Below, one piece after another: positions 56,807 through 64,000 of a DNA stretch of 64,000 nucleotides. Numbering within the stretch: the stretch's first letter is position 1; each line of letters begins with the position of its first letter. Location: the NCBI GenBank assembly GCA_018004645.1, contig JAGNBV010000001.1:4665-68664 (forward strand). The letters are read 5' to 3'. This DNA is from Bacteroidales bacterium (lineage in GTDB: Bacteria; Bacteroidota; Bacteroidia; Bacteroidales; CAIWKO01). The notes below the pieces were generated by a model. The model was not told where the DNA came from, searched no databases, and saw only the letters and a list, made by a program, of their open reading frames with translations. The position numbers were made by a program, and so were the translations under genes.

Positions 56807-57925
56807 ATGATTAAAAGCCTGGTAAATCAAATTAACGGAAATAGCGCCGAAATACTGCTCTATGGTATCATTGGTAAGTGGATGGACATAGATGTGGATT
56901 ATTTGGTAAAGGATCTTGAAGGTCTTAAAAAATCGGGGTGCCAAAATCTGACCTTTTATGTAAACTCCGATGGTGGCGAGGTGCCGCAGGGACAAGCGTT
57001 ATGGAACTATCTGAACAGATCAGAATTTAATGTTACCTGGGTGGTCGACGGCATTGCCGCTTCAATGATGGCCATGTTGATTACCAACCCCAGGCATACT
57101 GTAATAGCTAACAAATACAGCAAGTTTATGTACCACCGGTTGTCGGGCTATGTGCAGGGCAACCCTGATGATGTGCGTGCCTATGCTGATATGATGGACA
57201 AGTTTGAGGCCGACCTGGTGGATATGTTTGCCAACCGCACAGGTATAGACGCAAAAAAAGTAAAGAAGGATTACTTCTGCAATACCAATACATGGCTATC
57301 CGCTCAGGAGGCGCTCTCATTAAAACTTGTCAATGAGATCAGGGATGGTAAAGAAATAACCGCTCCTGATACCCTGGCTGATCCCCGCGACGTATATAAT
57401 CACTTTTCTCAGCAACTTATTAATTATTCGAATAATAACCAAACAAAATCAAAAATGAAAAAAATCGCTCAATTACTTAACCTGGACGAGAATGCCACTG
57501 AGGATGCCATTGCAACCGCCGTGAACAATATTCTTGAAAAAAATAGGACTCATGCGGCAGAGCTGTCGCAAAAAGACAATATGATTACCGGCCTGCAGAA
57601 CCAGATCAACGATTTTAATAAGGCTAAGGTAAAGAACCTCATCGACACAGGCATTGCTGAAAAGAAATTCGGCGAAGACATGCGCGAAACGTACACCAAA
57701 ATGGCTGAAACCGACTATGCTACGGCAGAAAAGGTGATTAACAGCCTGGCTGGTGTCGGCAGAGTTATCGATGAGATTGATAAGGACACCATCCCTGAAG
57801 CTGACCGGAAAAAAACGTGGGATCAGCTGCATAAAGAATGTCGGCTGGAAAACATCAAAAGCACAAACCTTGCATGGTTCCAGCAGCTTTACAAAGAAAA
57901 GTTCAACAAAGAGTACAAATCTTAA
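56807..57925 (+). CDS. ClpP-like (S14) head maturation protease fused to scaffold-like coiled coil
   Basis: N-terminal ClpP-like region (INSDGGEV, GIAASMMAML, MYHRLSG). The C-terminal ~170 aa are charged and helical. Confidence 0.75.
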   Translation: MIKSLVNQINGNSAEILLYGIIGKWMDIDVDYLVKDLEGLKKSGCQNLTFYVNSDGGEVPQGQALWNYLNRSEFNVTWVVDGIAASMMAMLITNPRHTVIANKYSKFMYHRLSGYVQGNPDDVRAYADMMDKFEADLVDMFANRTGIDAKKVKKDYFCNTNTWLSAQEALSLKLVNEIRDGKEITAPDTLADPRDVYNHFSQQLINYSNNNQTKSKMKKIAQLLNLDENATEDAIATAVNNILEKNRTHAAELSQKDNMITGLQNQINDFNKAKVKNLIDTGIAEKKFGEDMRETYTKMAETDYATAEKVINSLAGVGRVIDEIDKDTIPEADRKKTWDQLHKECRLENIKSTNLAWFQQLYKEKFNKEYKS

Positions 57926-57940
57926 AAGGAGGATAAAAAC

Positions 57941-58648
57941 ATGTTTGTCAGACAAGAAACAAATGCGAGCTACGGCTTCAAAGCTCCTAATTCAGTGGTT
58001 GACACCGATAAAAAAGTTGAAGTATTGTTCCCCAGTGTCGATACACAGTCGCCCGATTATGCTGCAACTATCAACCTTACGGTTGACCAGTTGAATACCA
58101 TCGTGGAAGTGGGAGCCCTTACAGGTAATCCTACCATCAATGTGGCTGTTGACGACGAGGTTACAAAAAATGCCGAGATGCTGCTGAAGCTCACTGCATC
58201 AGGCGGAGCCAGAACCGTTACCCTGGGCACAGGTTTTTCAGGGTCTGCCATTGTTGTCCCTTCAGGAGCAACCGTTTATGCGCTGCTCAAATATGACGGA
58301 ACAAACTTTGTGGTGGTAACCAGCACCAATGATGATGTACAGGACGGCGCTATCACGGCAGCCAAACTCGCTACTGATGCTGTGGAAACTGCAAAAATTA
58401 AAAACGATGCAGTAACCTCTGACAAGATCGCCGATGATGCAATTACAGCAGATCATCTTGCATCCAATGCGGTGGAAACAGCAGCCATCAAAGATAAGAA
58501 TGTAACCCTGGCTAAACTGGAAGACGGTACTGCAGGAGACATGCTTTATTTTAATGGTACTGCCTGGACAAAACTCCCCAAAGGGACATCAGGTCAAACG
58601 CTGAAAATGAACACAGGTGCAACTGCACCTGAATGGGTAACCGTATAA
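57941..58648 (+). CDS. head fibre/decoration-like protein with short DAxTxxKI repeats
   Basis: Repeats DGAITAAKLATDAVETAKIKNDAVTSDKIADDAITADHLASNAVETAAI. Lies between the scaffold and the capsid gene. Confidence 0.5.
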   Translation: MFVRQETNASYGFKAPNSVVDTDKKVEVLFPSVDTQSPDYAATINLTVDQLNTIVEVGALTGNPTINVAVDDEVTKNAEMLLKLTASGGARTVTLGTGFSGSAIVVPSGATVYALLKYDGTNFVVVTSTNDDVQDGAITAAKLATDAVETAKIKNDAVTSDKIADDAITADHLASNAVETAAIKDKNVTLAKLEDGTAGDMLYFNGTAWTKLPKGTSGQTLKMNTGATAPEWVTV

Positions 58649-58687
58649 TCAAACTCAATCAATTAATAATTAATATTTAAATTCAAC

Positions 58688-59794
58688 ATGAAAACAAGCA
58701 AACTTATTTTTAGCGTCCTGGTGGCTTTATTGTTCGCTACCGGTATCGGATCAGTATTTGGCATAGGAGCAGGAGCAGCAGCTCTGGGCGCCTCTGCATT
58801 CATCAAAGCTCCAAAAGGTGCTACTTTAATGGCAGTTACGCCTGAAATATGGACTAACTACATTGTAGAAAACCTATTTAAGGATAATGAATTTCTCCTG
58901 GAATCCATTGACGAGAGTCAGTATGTGATCGGGACTGGAGTTGTCCACATTCCGCAGGCAGGTAGTCCTTCAGGTGTACAGCGTAATCGTAAAACGTTAC
59001 CGGCCACTATAACGAGACGTAAAGATATCGATGTTACTTACGTACTGGATGAGTTTACTACAGATCCCCGTTTCATCCCCAATATTGATAAAGCTGAATT
59101 GTCATACGATAAGATGGACAGCTGTATGAATGAGGATATGATGTACCTGAAACAGTTTATAGCTGAAGCGATGTTATACAACTGGAGGCCTGCATATTTC
59201 ATTAAAACTTCCGGTTCTTCCGTATCACCGCACGTGGGAACTTCAAACCGTAAAGCTATCTGCATCGAAGACTTTATCGTAGCAAAAGAGACCTTTAATA
59301 AATGGGGTATTCCGAAGGCCGACCGCAGATGTATTATAGATACAACCATGAAAGGACAGTTGGTGCGGGAACTTAAAGCCAACAGTAACAGAGATTATTC
59401 TGTCATTTACAATCCCGTTACCGGGGAAATTGATATGCTCGAAGGGTTTAAAATCTATGAACGATCCACCGCGCTGGTAGCCTCAGCTCCCACGTTAACA
59501 GCCGTATCGGGTACTGATTATTTCAGATGGACTTCGACTGACCTTACCTATACCCCTGAACAGCTTGAGGATATAGAAGCCGGAACCAGCAATTATGCCA
59601 CTACCGCCTCGGCGATAGCCTTATTCTGGCACAAAGGCATGGTGGCCCGTGCGTTAGGTGCTACCCAGATGTTCGACGATCAGGGTAACCCGCAATACTA
59701 TGGTGATATATACAGCTTCCTACAACGTGCCGGAGGTAGGACGCGCAGGGGCGATTCAAAGGGTGTGCTCGGTATTATCCAGGTAACAGCATAA
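58688..59794 (+). CDS. major capsid protein candidate
   Basis: Position after the protease/scaffold, 368 aa. Alternative start at 58829 (MAVTPEIW...). Confidence 0.6.
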   Translation: MKTSKLIFSVLVALLFATGIGSVFGIGAGAAALGASAFIKAPKGATLMAVTPEIWTNYIVENLFKDNEFLLESIDESQYVIGTGVVHIPQAGSPSGVQRNRKTLPATITRRKDIDVTYVLDEFTTDPRFIPNIDKAELSYDKMDSCMNEDMMYLKQFIAEAMLYNWRPAYFIKTSGSSVSPHVGTSNRKAICIEDFIVAKETFNKWGIPKADRRCIIDTTMKGQLVRELKANSNRDYSVIYNPVTGEIDMLEGFKIYERSTALVASAPTLTAVSGTDYFRWTSTDLTYTPEQLEDIEAGTSNYATTASAIALFWHKGMVARALGATQMFDDQGNPQYYGDIYSFLQRAGGRTRRGDSKGVLGIIQVTA

Positions 59795-59862
59795 AAACAC
59801 AGGACGAGTCGCCGAAAAACAGGTAACAGCGTTGAGTAGGCGCTCATCCTTTTACAGAAAAA

Positions 59863-60054
59863 ATGCGGGAAAAGTTATTGAGCATATTGTCGGGTTCTAC
59901 CATAGGATTCTCTTTCGGAGTCACAAGCGGTAAGATCATTGAAACAGTGCTTTTGTCCATAGTGGGAGGATTAGCCGGGGCAGCCGGAGGACGATTGTTT
60001 AAATGGCTGGCACAGCAATATAAAAACAGAAAAAGGAAAAATGAGCAGCGTTAA
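59863..60054 (+). CDS. holin/pinholin-like small membrane protein
   Basis: 63 aa with two hydrophobic segments and a basic C-terminal tail. Overlaps the endolysin start. Confidence 0.5.
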   Translation: MREKLLSILSGSTIGFSFGVTSGKIIETVLLSIVGGLAGAAGGRLFKWLAQQYKNRKRKNEQR

Positions 60055-60598
60055 AAAAGGTTCCATAGGCGTTACACTGATTGCAGCCATTGTTTATACG
60101 GCTGTGTCGCTCATTGGCCAGAGGGAAACAACCAATAACTCCGGATTTGTTGATAAAGCCTTCCAGCACGAAATGGAACAGGTAGGTTGGCATAAGTACG
60201 ATTCCTGGTGTGTTTATTTCTGCAAACTTGTATGGCACAGATCTATTGATGACAGCGCTGTAAATGCCAGAGCGATGAAACTCATTACCGGCAATTCGCA
60301 AAGCACGCTTACAAATTTTACAAAAGACAGATCAGGGTATTTTTACCTGTCTGATACATCTGTACCAGGAAGCATTGTTATATGGCAGCATTATGAAAAT
60401 GGTAAGGGCTTGTGGCGCGGACATGCCGGCATTGTGATTGAACAGCATCCTGCGTATTTTATAACCGTCGAAGGCAATACCAACAGCAGCGGAGGACGCG
60501 AAGGATATATAGTAGCCCGTAAAACACGTAAGTATTCCCGGGATGTAATTAACGGGCTGCGCTTACGAAAATTCATAGCAATCAAAAAGACAGTATGA
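60041..60598 (+). CDS. CHAP-domain endolysin with N-terminal signal-anchor (SAR-like)
   Basis: TM-like IGVTLIAAIVYTAVSLIG. Catalytic Cys context DSWCVYFC and His context GHAGIV...EGNT. Confidence 0.7.
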   Translation: MSSVKKGSIGVTLIAAIVYTAVSLIGQRETTNNSGFVDKAFQHEMEQVGWHKYDSWCVYFCKLVWHRSIDDSAVNARAMKLITGNSQSTLTNFTKDRSGYFYLSDTSVPGSIVIWQHYENGKGLWRGHAGIVIEQHPAYFITVEGNTNSSGGREGYIVARKTRKYSRDVINGLRLRKFIAIKKTV

Positions 60599-61113
60599 GA
60601 CCAATTTTAAAAATAGCATTGCTCATCCTGGTTACGATTGCGTTAACGGCATGTGCAACCAAAGAGCGCTGCAATAACCTATACCCATGCCAGGGATCGG
60701 TTATTACAAGCGAGATTACTTCATCCACCACAGAAATAACTGATGAAAGGCACGACAGTATAGTATATATCTCCGACAGCGCAGCATATAAGCTCTTGTT
60801 AAAATGCGATTCCGCAGGTAATGTTATGCTGTGCGAAATTGAAACACTCAGGGCCTCTCAAAATATTAAGCCAAGTTTCAGTTTAAGTGATAATAAACTT
60901 ACCGTTGGATGTAAAATTGACAGCGCTGCCGTTGCCATTGCCTGGAACGAAAAACACATAAAGACAACCATTGCCCATACTTCTGCCACCAAAGAAACCA
61001 TACCTGTTGAAGTAAACAAAATCACCTTCTGGCACAGGGCAGGCCAGATACTGTCCGCATTATTTATTATTGAATTATTGATATTAATTTACCTGCTATG
61101 GAAAAGAAAATAA
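60595..61113 (+). CDS. unimolecular spanin-like protein (lipoprotein with C-terminal TM)
   Basis: Lipobox LTAC at the N-terminus and a C-terminal TM, ILSALFIIELLILIYLLW. Directly after the endolysin. Confidence 0.5.
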   Translation: MRPILKIALLILVTIALTACATKERCNNLYPCQGSVITSEITSSTTEITDERHDSIVYISDSAAYKLLLKCDSAGNVMLCEIETLRASQNIKPSFSLSDNKLTVGCKIDSAAVAIAWNEKHIKTTIAHTSATKETIPVEVNKITFWHRAGQILSALFIIELLILIYLLWKRK

Positions 61114-61265
61114 AGGCCGTATTCGATGGCTTTCCGGGCGTTGATTATGTCTGGTACGACGATAAAGAAGTTTATTTCAACGAGCGTGAAAACTGCACCC
61201 GGATAACCCGTAAAGAGTTTTTTGAATCAAAAAAATCAAAATCTAAAAACATAGAAAATGAATAA
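61098..61265 (+). CDS. hypothetical 55-aa protein
   Basis: ORF bridges the spanin end and the sheath start, with overlapping stop and start. Not in the ORF track. Confidence 0.3.
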   Translation: MEKKIKAVFDGFPGVDYVWYDDKEVYFNERENCTRITRKEFFESKKSKSKNIENE

Positions 61266-62439
61266 AATAACCATTGTAAAAGGCAACGGCGGAGTTGCCC
61301 CAAGCCTGCCGGGTGAAGATCACTATTCCGGATTAATGTTATATTTGGCCGATGCCAACCTGCCATCAGGTTTCACTACTTCAAACCGCATACAGCTTAT
61401 CGGAACTGTTGCAGCCGCTGAAGCGCTCGGCATAGTGTCTACATCGGCCAACTGGGAAATTAAGGCCCTGCACTATCATATATCAGAAGCGCTCAGGATC
61501 AACCCCGCCATCATGCTTTATGTAGGCCTTTTCAAAACACCTACAGGCGCATATGATTTTACCGAAATTAATACGATGCAATCCTATGCTGAAGGCAAAC
61601 TTCGCCAGATCGCCGTATATTGTTACGAGAAAGAGTTATCATCAATAGAACTTACTGCGCTGCAGGCTATAGCAAAAGCCCAGGATGCATTGTTTACCCC
61701 TATTCAGATACTTTATATTCCGAAAATCGCAGCCATATCGGGGCTTAATACCAGCCTTGTTGCAACCGGCCTGCGGAATATTTCGGTGTTGATAGGACAG
61801 GATGGTACCGGTACCGCTAACGACCTGTATACTGCTGCAGGTAACTCTGTAAATAAGTATTCTGTGGGACTTGCCGGACTTGCCATCGGTATGTTATCAC
61901 TGGCCAAAGTGCACGAAAGCATATCCTGGGTAAAGAAGTTCCCGTCAGGCATTTCAACTCCTGGATTCTCTGATGGCACCCTTGTAAAAAATACTACACA
62001 AGCAGCCCTTGCAGCTCTCGATGCCAAGCATTACCTGTTTCTGGTGTACCAGGGAGGAATGTCGGGATCGTGGTTTAACGACAGTTATACTATGGATCTG
62101 GACACTTCGGATTATAAGTTCATTGAAGCCAACCGCAGCATGGACAAGGCTATCCGTGGCATACGCACGTACCTGGTACCTGAACTGTCGGGACCGGTTT
62201 ATCTGGATCCCGCCACCGGGAAACTCAACCCCGACGACGTGGCTTACCTGAAGATTGTTGCCGGAAAACAGCTTGAAGACATGGAGAAAGCCAAAGAACT
62301 CAGCGGCTACGAGGTGAATATAGATCCCGATCAGAACGTGTTGTCAACCAGCAAAATTGAATTTGTGATCGAAAAGGTAGGTGTGGGAGTGATGCGTGAA
62401 TTCAACATAACCATTAAAAATACAACCTCAATAAGTTAA
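61258..62439 (+). CDS. tail sheath protein candidate
   Basis: 393 aa, first of a sheath-tube-chaperone-tape measure series. Confidence 0.55.
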   Translation: MNKITIVKGNGGVAPSLPGEDHYSGLMLYLADANLPSGFTTSNRIQLIGTVAAAEALGIVSTSANWEIKALHYHISEALRINPAIMLYVGLFKTPTGAYDFTEINTMQSYAEGKLRQIAVYCYEKELSSIELTALQAIAKAQDALFTPIQILYIPKIAAISGLNTSLVATGLRNISVLIGQDGTGTANDLYTAAGNSVNKYSVGLAGLAIGMLSLAKVHESISWVKKFPSGISTPGFSDGTLVKNTTQAALAALDAKHYLFLVYQGGMSGSWFNDSYTMDLDTSDYKFIEANRSMDKAIRGIRTYLVPELSGPVYLDPATGKLNPDDVAYLKIVAGKQLEDMEKAKELSGYEVNIDPDQNVLSTSKIEFVIEKVGVGVMREFNITIKNTTSIS

Positions 62440-62442
62440 AAT

Positions 62443-62877
62443 ATGAACGGATTAAGAAATGTGCCCCTTATCAATGGTGTAGAACCCTCCTGGGCAAACC
62501 TCAAGGTTAATATTGCAGGGTTCCCCGAAACTGCCATTACGGCTATAACTTATGAAGACGACCAGGTGGTGGAAAACATTATGGGTGCCGGACAGGTGGC
62601 TGTAGCACGCGGATATGGTAATATTACACCGAAAGCATCCTTCACGCTACTGCGCAGCGCTGTGGAAGCCATACGTGCCTCAAGCGATACCGGACGACTA
62701 CAGGATATAGCGCCTTTCGATATAGTGGTGTGTTTTGTACCCATGAACGGAACTACCATCATTACACATAAGATCAGAAACTGCCAGTTTACCAAAGATT
62801 CTCTCGACATAAAACAGGGCGACACCAAAAACGAAACCACGTTTGACCTGGTGCCGAGCCATATTGAGTGGAAATAA
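62443..62877 (+). CDS. tail tube protein candidate
   Basis: 144 aa, immediately after the sheath candidate. Confidence 0.5.
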   Translation: MNGLRNVPLINGVEPSWANLKVNIAGFPETAITAITYEDDQVVENIMGAGQVAVARGYGNITPKASFTLLRSAVEAIRASSDTGRLQDIAPFDIVVCFVPMNGTTIITHKIRNCQFTKDSLDIKQGDTKNETTFDLVPSHIEWK

Positions 62878-63355
62878 AAGGAGGAACTATGGAGGAAAAT
62901 GGCAAGGCAACACCCGAACAAATCGCCATCTGGAAGCATAACTATGGTGATGTTTATGAAGTCAATGTTGAGGATAAATATTGTTATCTTAAAAAACCTG
63001 ACCGGAAAACATTATCTTTTGCTGCTACTGTTGGGGAAACCGATCCGATGAAATTCAACGAAATTGTGCTAAACAATTGTTGGATCAGCGGTGATGAAAC
63101 TATTAAGACAAACGATGAATTGTTCTTTGCGGTAGTGGCAAAGCTGAACGCACTCATTGAGGTTAAATCAGCCGAGATAAAAAAACTCTGAGCGAAGCGT
63201 TTGACAGTGTTTCAAACGATTGGGTAGGGTTGATGGATGCTTCGCTCATGTATTATATGCACGTCAACCCTACAGAATTAACTGACGAGGAGTGGTGTCT
63301 GAATATTGCAAGATTGGCAGAGATAAGAAAGCGAGAAGGCATGGTTTCTGGTTAA
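62868..63355 (+). CDS. tail assembly chaperone pair (G / G-T analogue) joined by -1 frameshift at A7
   Basis: The zero frame ends at 63191. The A7 run at 63179-63185 allows a -1 slip into a 56-codon open frame ending at 63355. Located just before the tape measure gene. Confidence 0.6.
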
Positions 63356-63489
63356 TTCCTTTTGGACTTTTTGAATAATTCTTTAAATTCTAATTCCCAT
63401 ACTATTTTGAAAATAATCACAATTAATCCAACAGGAATTGAAAGCATAAATAATTTGATAAAAATTTGAAAAAGAATGTTGTCTTCCAT
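63352..63489 (-). CDS. hypothetical 45-aa membrane peptide
   Basis: MEDNILFQIFIKLFMLSIPVGLIVIIFKIVW.... On the opposite strand to the tail operon. Not in the ORF track. Confidence 0.25.
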   Translation of the reverse strand: MEDNILFQIFIKLFMLSIPVGLIVIIFKIVWELEFKELFKKSKRN

Positions 63490-63520
63490 TTCAGTAAATT
63501 TTATACAAAGATAATCAAAA

Positions 63521-64000
63521 ATGAGCGAACAGTCAATAAATTATATTATAAATCTTACTGGTAATGCTCTAAATTCTACATTTACACTTTCAAAAGCAAT
63601 AAATGGATTAAATGACAATGTTCAGAAATCAGCCAAAATTTTTAATAATTTATCAGGTAAAATTGTTGTTTTTAATCAGTTGGGCCAGTTTGCAGAAAGT
63701 TTATCTGTATCATTTTCTGACCTTACAAGAAGCGGATTGAATTTTCAACAATCCATAGCAGACCTTTCGTCCATAACAGGAATAGCCGGAAAGGATTTAC
63801 AGAGTCTGACAGAAAAAGCAAGGGAGTTTGGTAAAGCAAGTGGTTTGGGTGCATCAGGCATTGCAGAATCATACAAAATATTGGCGTCGCAAATTGAGGT
63901 ATCCTCCATCGGTATGGAAGGGTTAAACAAATTGCAGCAAGCTACAATCACATTATCACAGGCATCCGGTTTAGATATGCAAACATCCGCATTAGCTGTG
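63521..64000 (+). CDS. tail tape measure protein, 3' end beyond window
   Basis: Open from ATG 63521 to the window end. DLSSITGIAGKDLQSLTEKAREFGKASGLGASGIAESYKILASQ matches the TP901-type TMP core. Confidence 0.8.
   Translation, partial: MSEQSINYIINLTGNALNSTFTLSKAINGLNDNVQKSAKIFNNLSGKIVVFNQLGQFAESLSVSFSDLTRSGLNFQQSIADLSSITGIAGKDLQSLTEKAREFGKASGLGASGIAESYKILASQIEVSSIGMEGLNKLQQATITLSQASGLDMQTSALAV

Larger units (their letters stand above)
35573..64000. mobile_element. Mu-like transposable prophage, left end and ~28 kb; right end beyond window
   Basis: Terminal direct repeats, a leftward S24 repressor, a DDE transposase with an AAA+ partner, Mu-type head genes (DUF935-like portal, MuF, gpG) and myovirus-type tail genes. 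The exact left terminus is uncertain; TG at 35573 is one possibility. Confidence 0.85.

Noticed and set aside
35573-64000. Diversity-generating retroelement, retron or known defense system within the prophage
   Set aside because: No reverse transcriptase, no template/variable repeat pair near the fibre genes, and no recognisable nuclease, ATPase or sensor signature were seen by eye.

Overview
The window has two parts.

**Host region (1 to ~35.5 kb).** This is ordinary chromosomal sequence of a Bacteroidetes-type genome. The lineage call rests on TAnnTTTG -7 promoter boxes, a MurF-Alr fusion, the futalosine genes mqnD and mqnB, and ileS-dksA-lspA synteny. Genes called are mnmG, a 1230-aa orphan sensor kinase, pheS, tdk, an M28 peptidase, ileS, gltX, purQ, murF/alr, pdxA, miaA and others.

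**Prophage region (~35,573 to the window end).** This is the left ~28 kb of a Mu-like transposable prophage.
- Left end: three direct transposase-binding repeats.
- Early region: a leftward S24 repressor, a Ner-like gene, a DDE transposase, a MuB-like ATPase, and GemA-like and DUF3164-like genes.
- Middle: an initiator-like tRNA-Met and a Rha regulator.
- Head genes on the minus strand: terminase, portal, MuF and gpG.
- Divergent plus-strand operon: protease/scaffold, capsid, a lysis cassette, sheath, tube, a frameshifted chaperone and the tape measure.
- The right end lies outside the window.

**Items most worth follow-up:**
1. A pair of 392-bp, highly structured inverted repeats bracketing 17 kb of housekeeping genes.
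2. A cassette of three small minus-strand genes, co-oriented with the repressor, each with its own promoter box. It sits antisense inside the phage early operon, just downstream of an internal terminator.
3. A MuF head protein with a ~150-aa C-terminal extension, which may be a packaged effector.
4. An insulated two-gene moron (an 89-aa protein plus a DUF2335-like membrane protein).
5. A pseudoknot-capable leader upstream of rha.
6. A candidate ~300-nt orphan ncRNA.
7. A DksA/TraR protein with a long histone-H1-like N-terminus.

No CRISPR array, reverse transcriptase or recognisable known defense system was seen. All family assignments come from motif recognition by eye and need HMM or BLAST confirmation.
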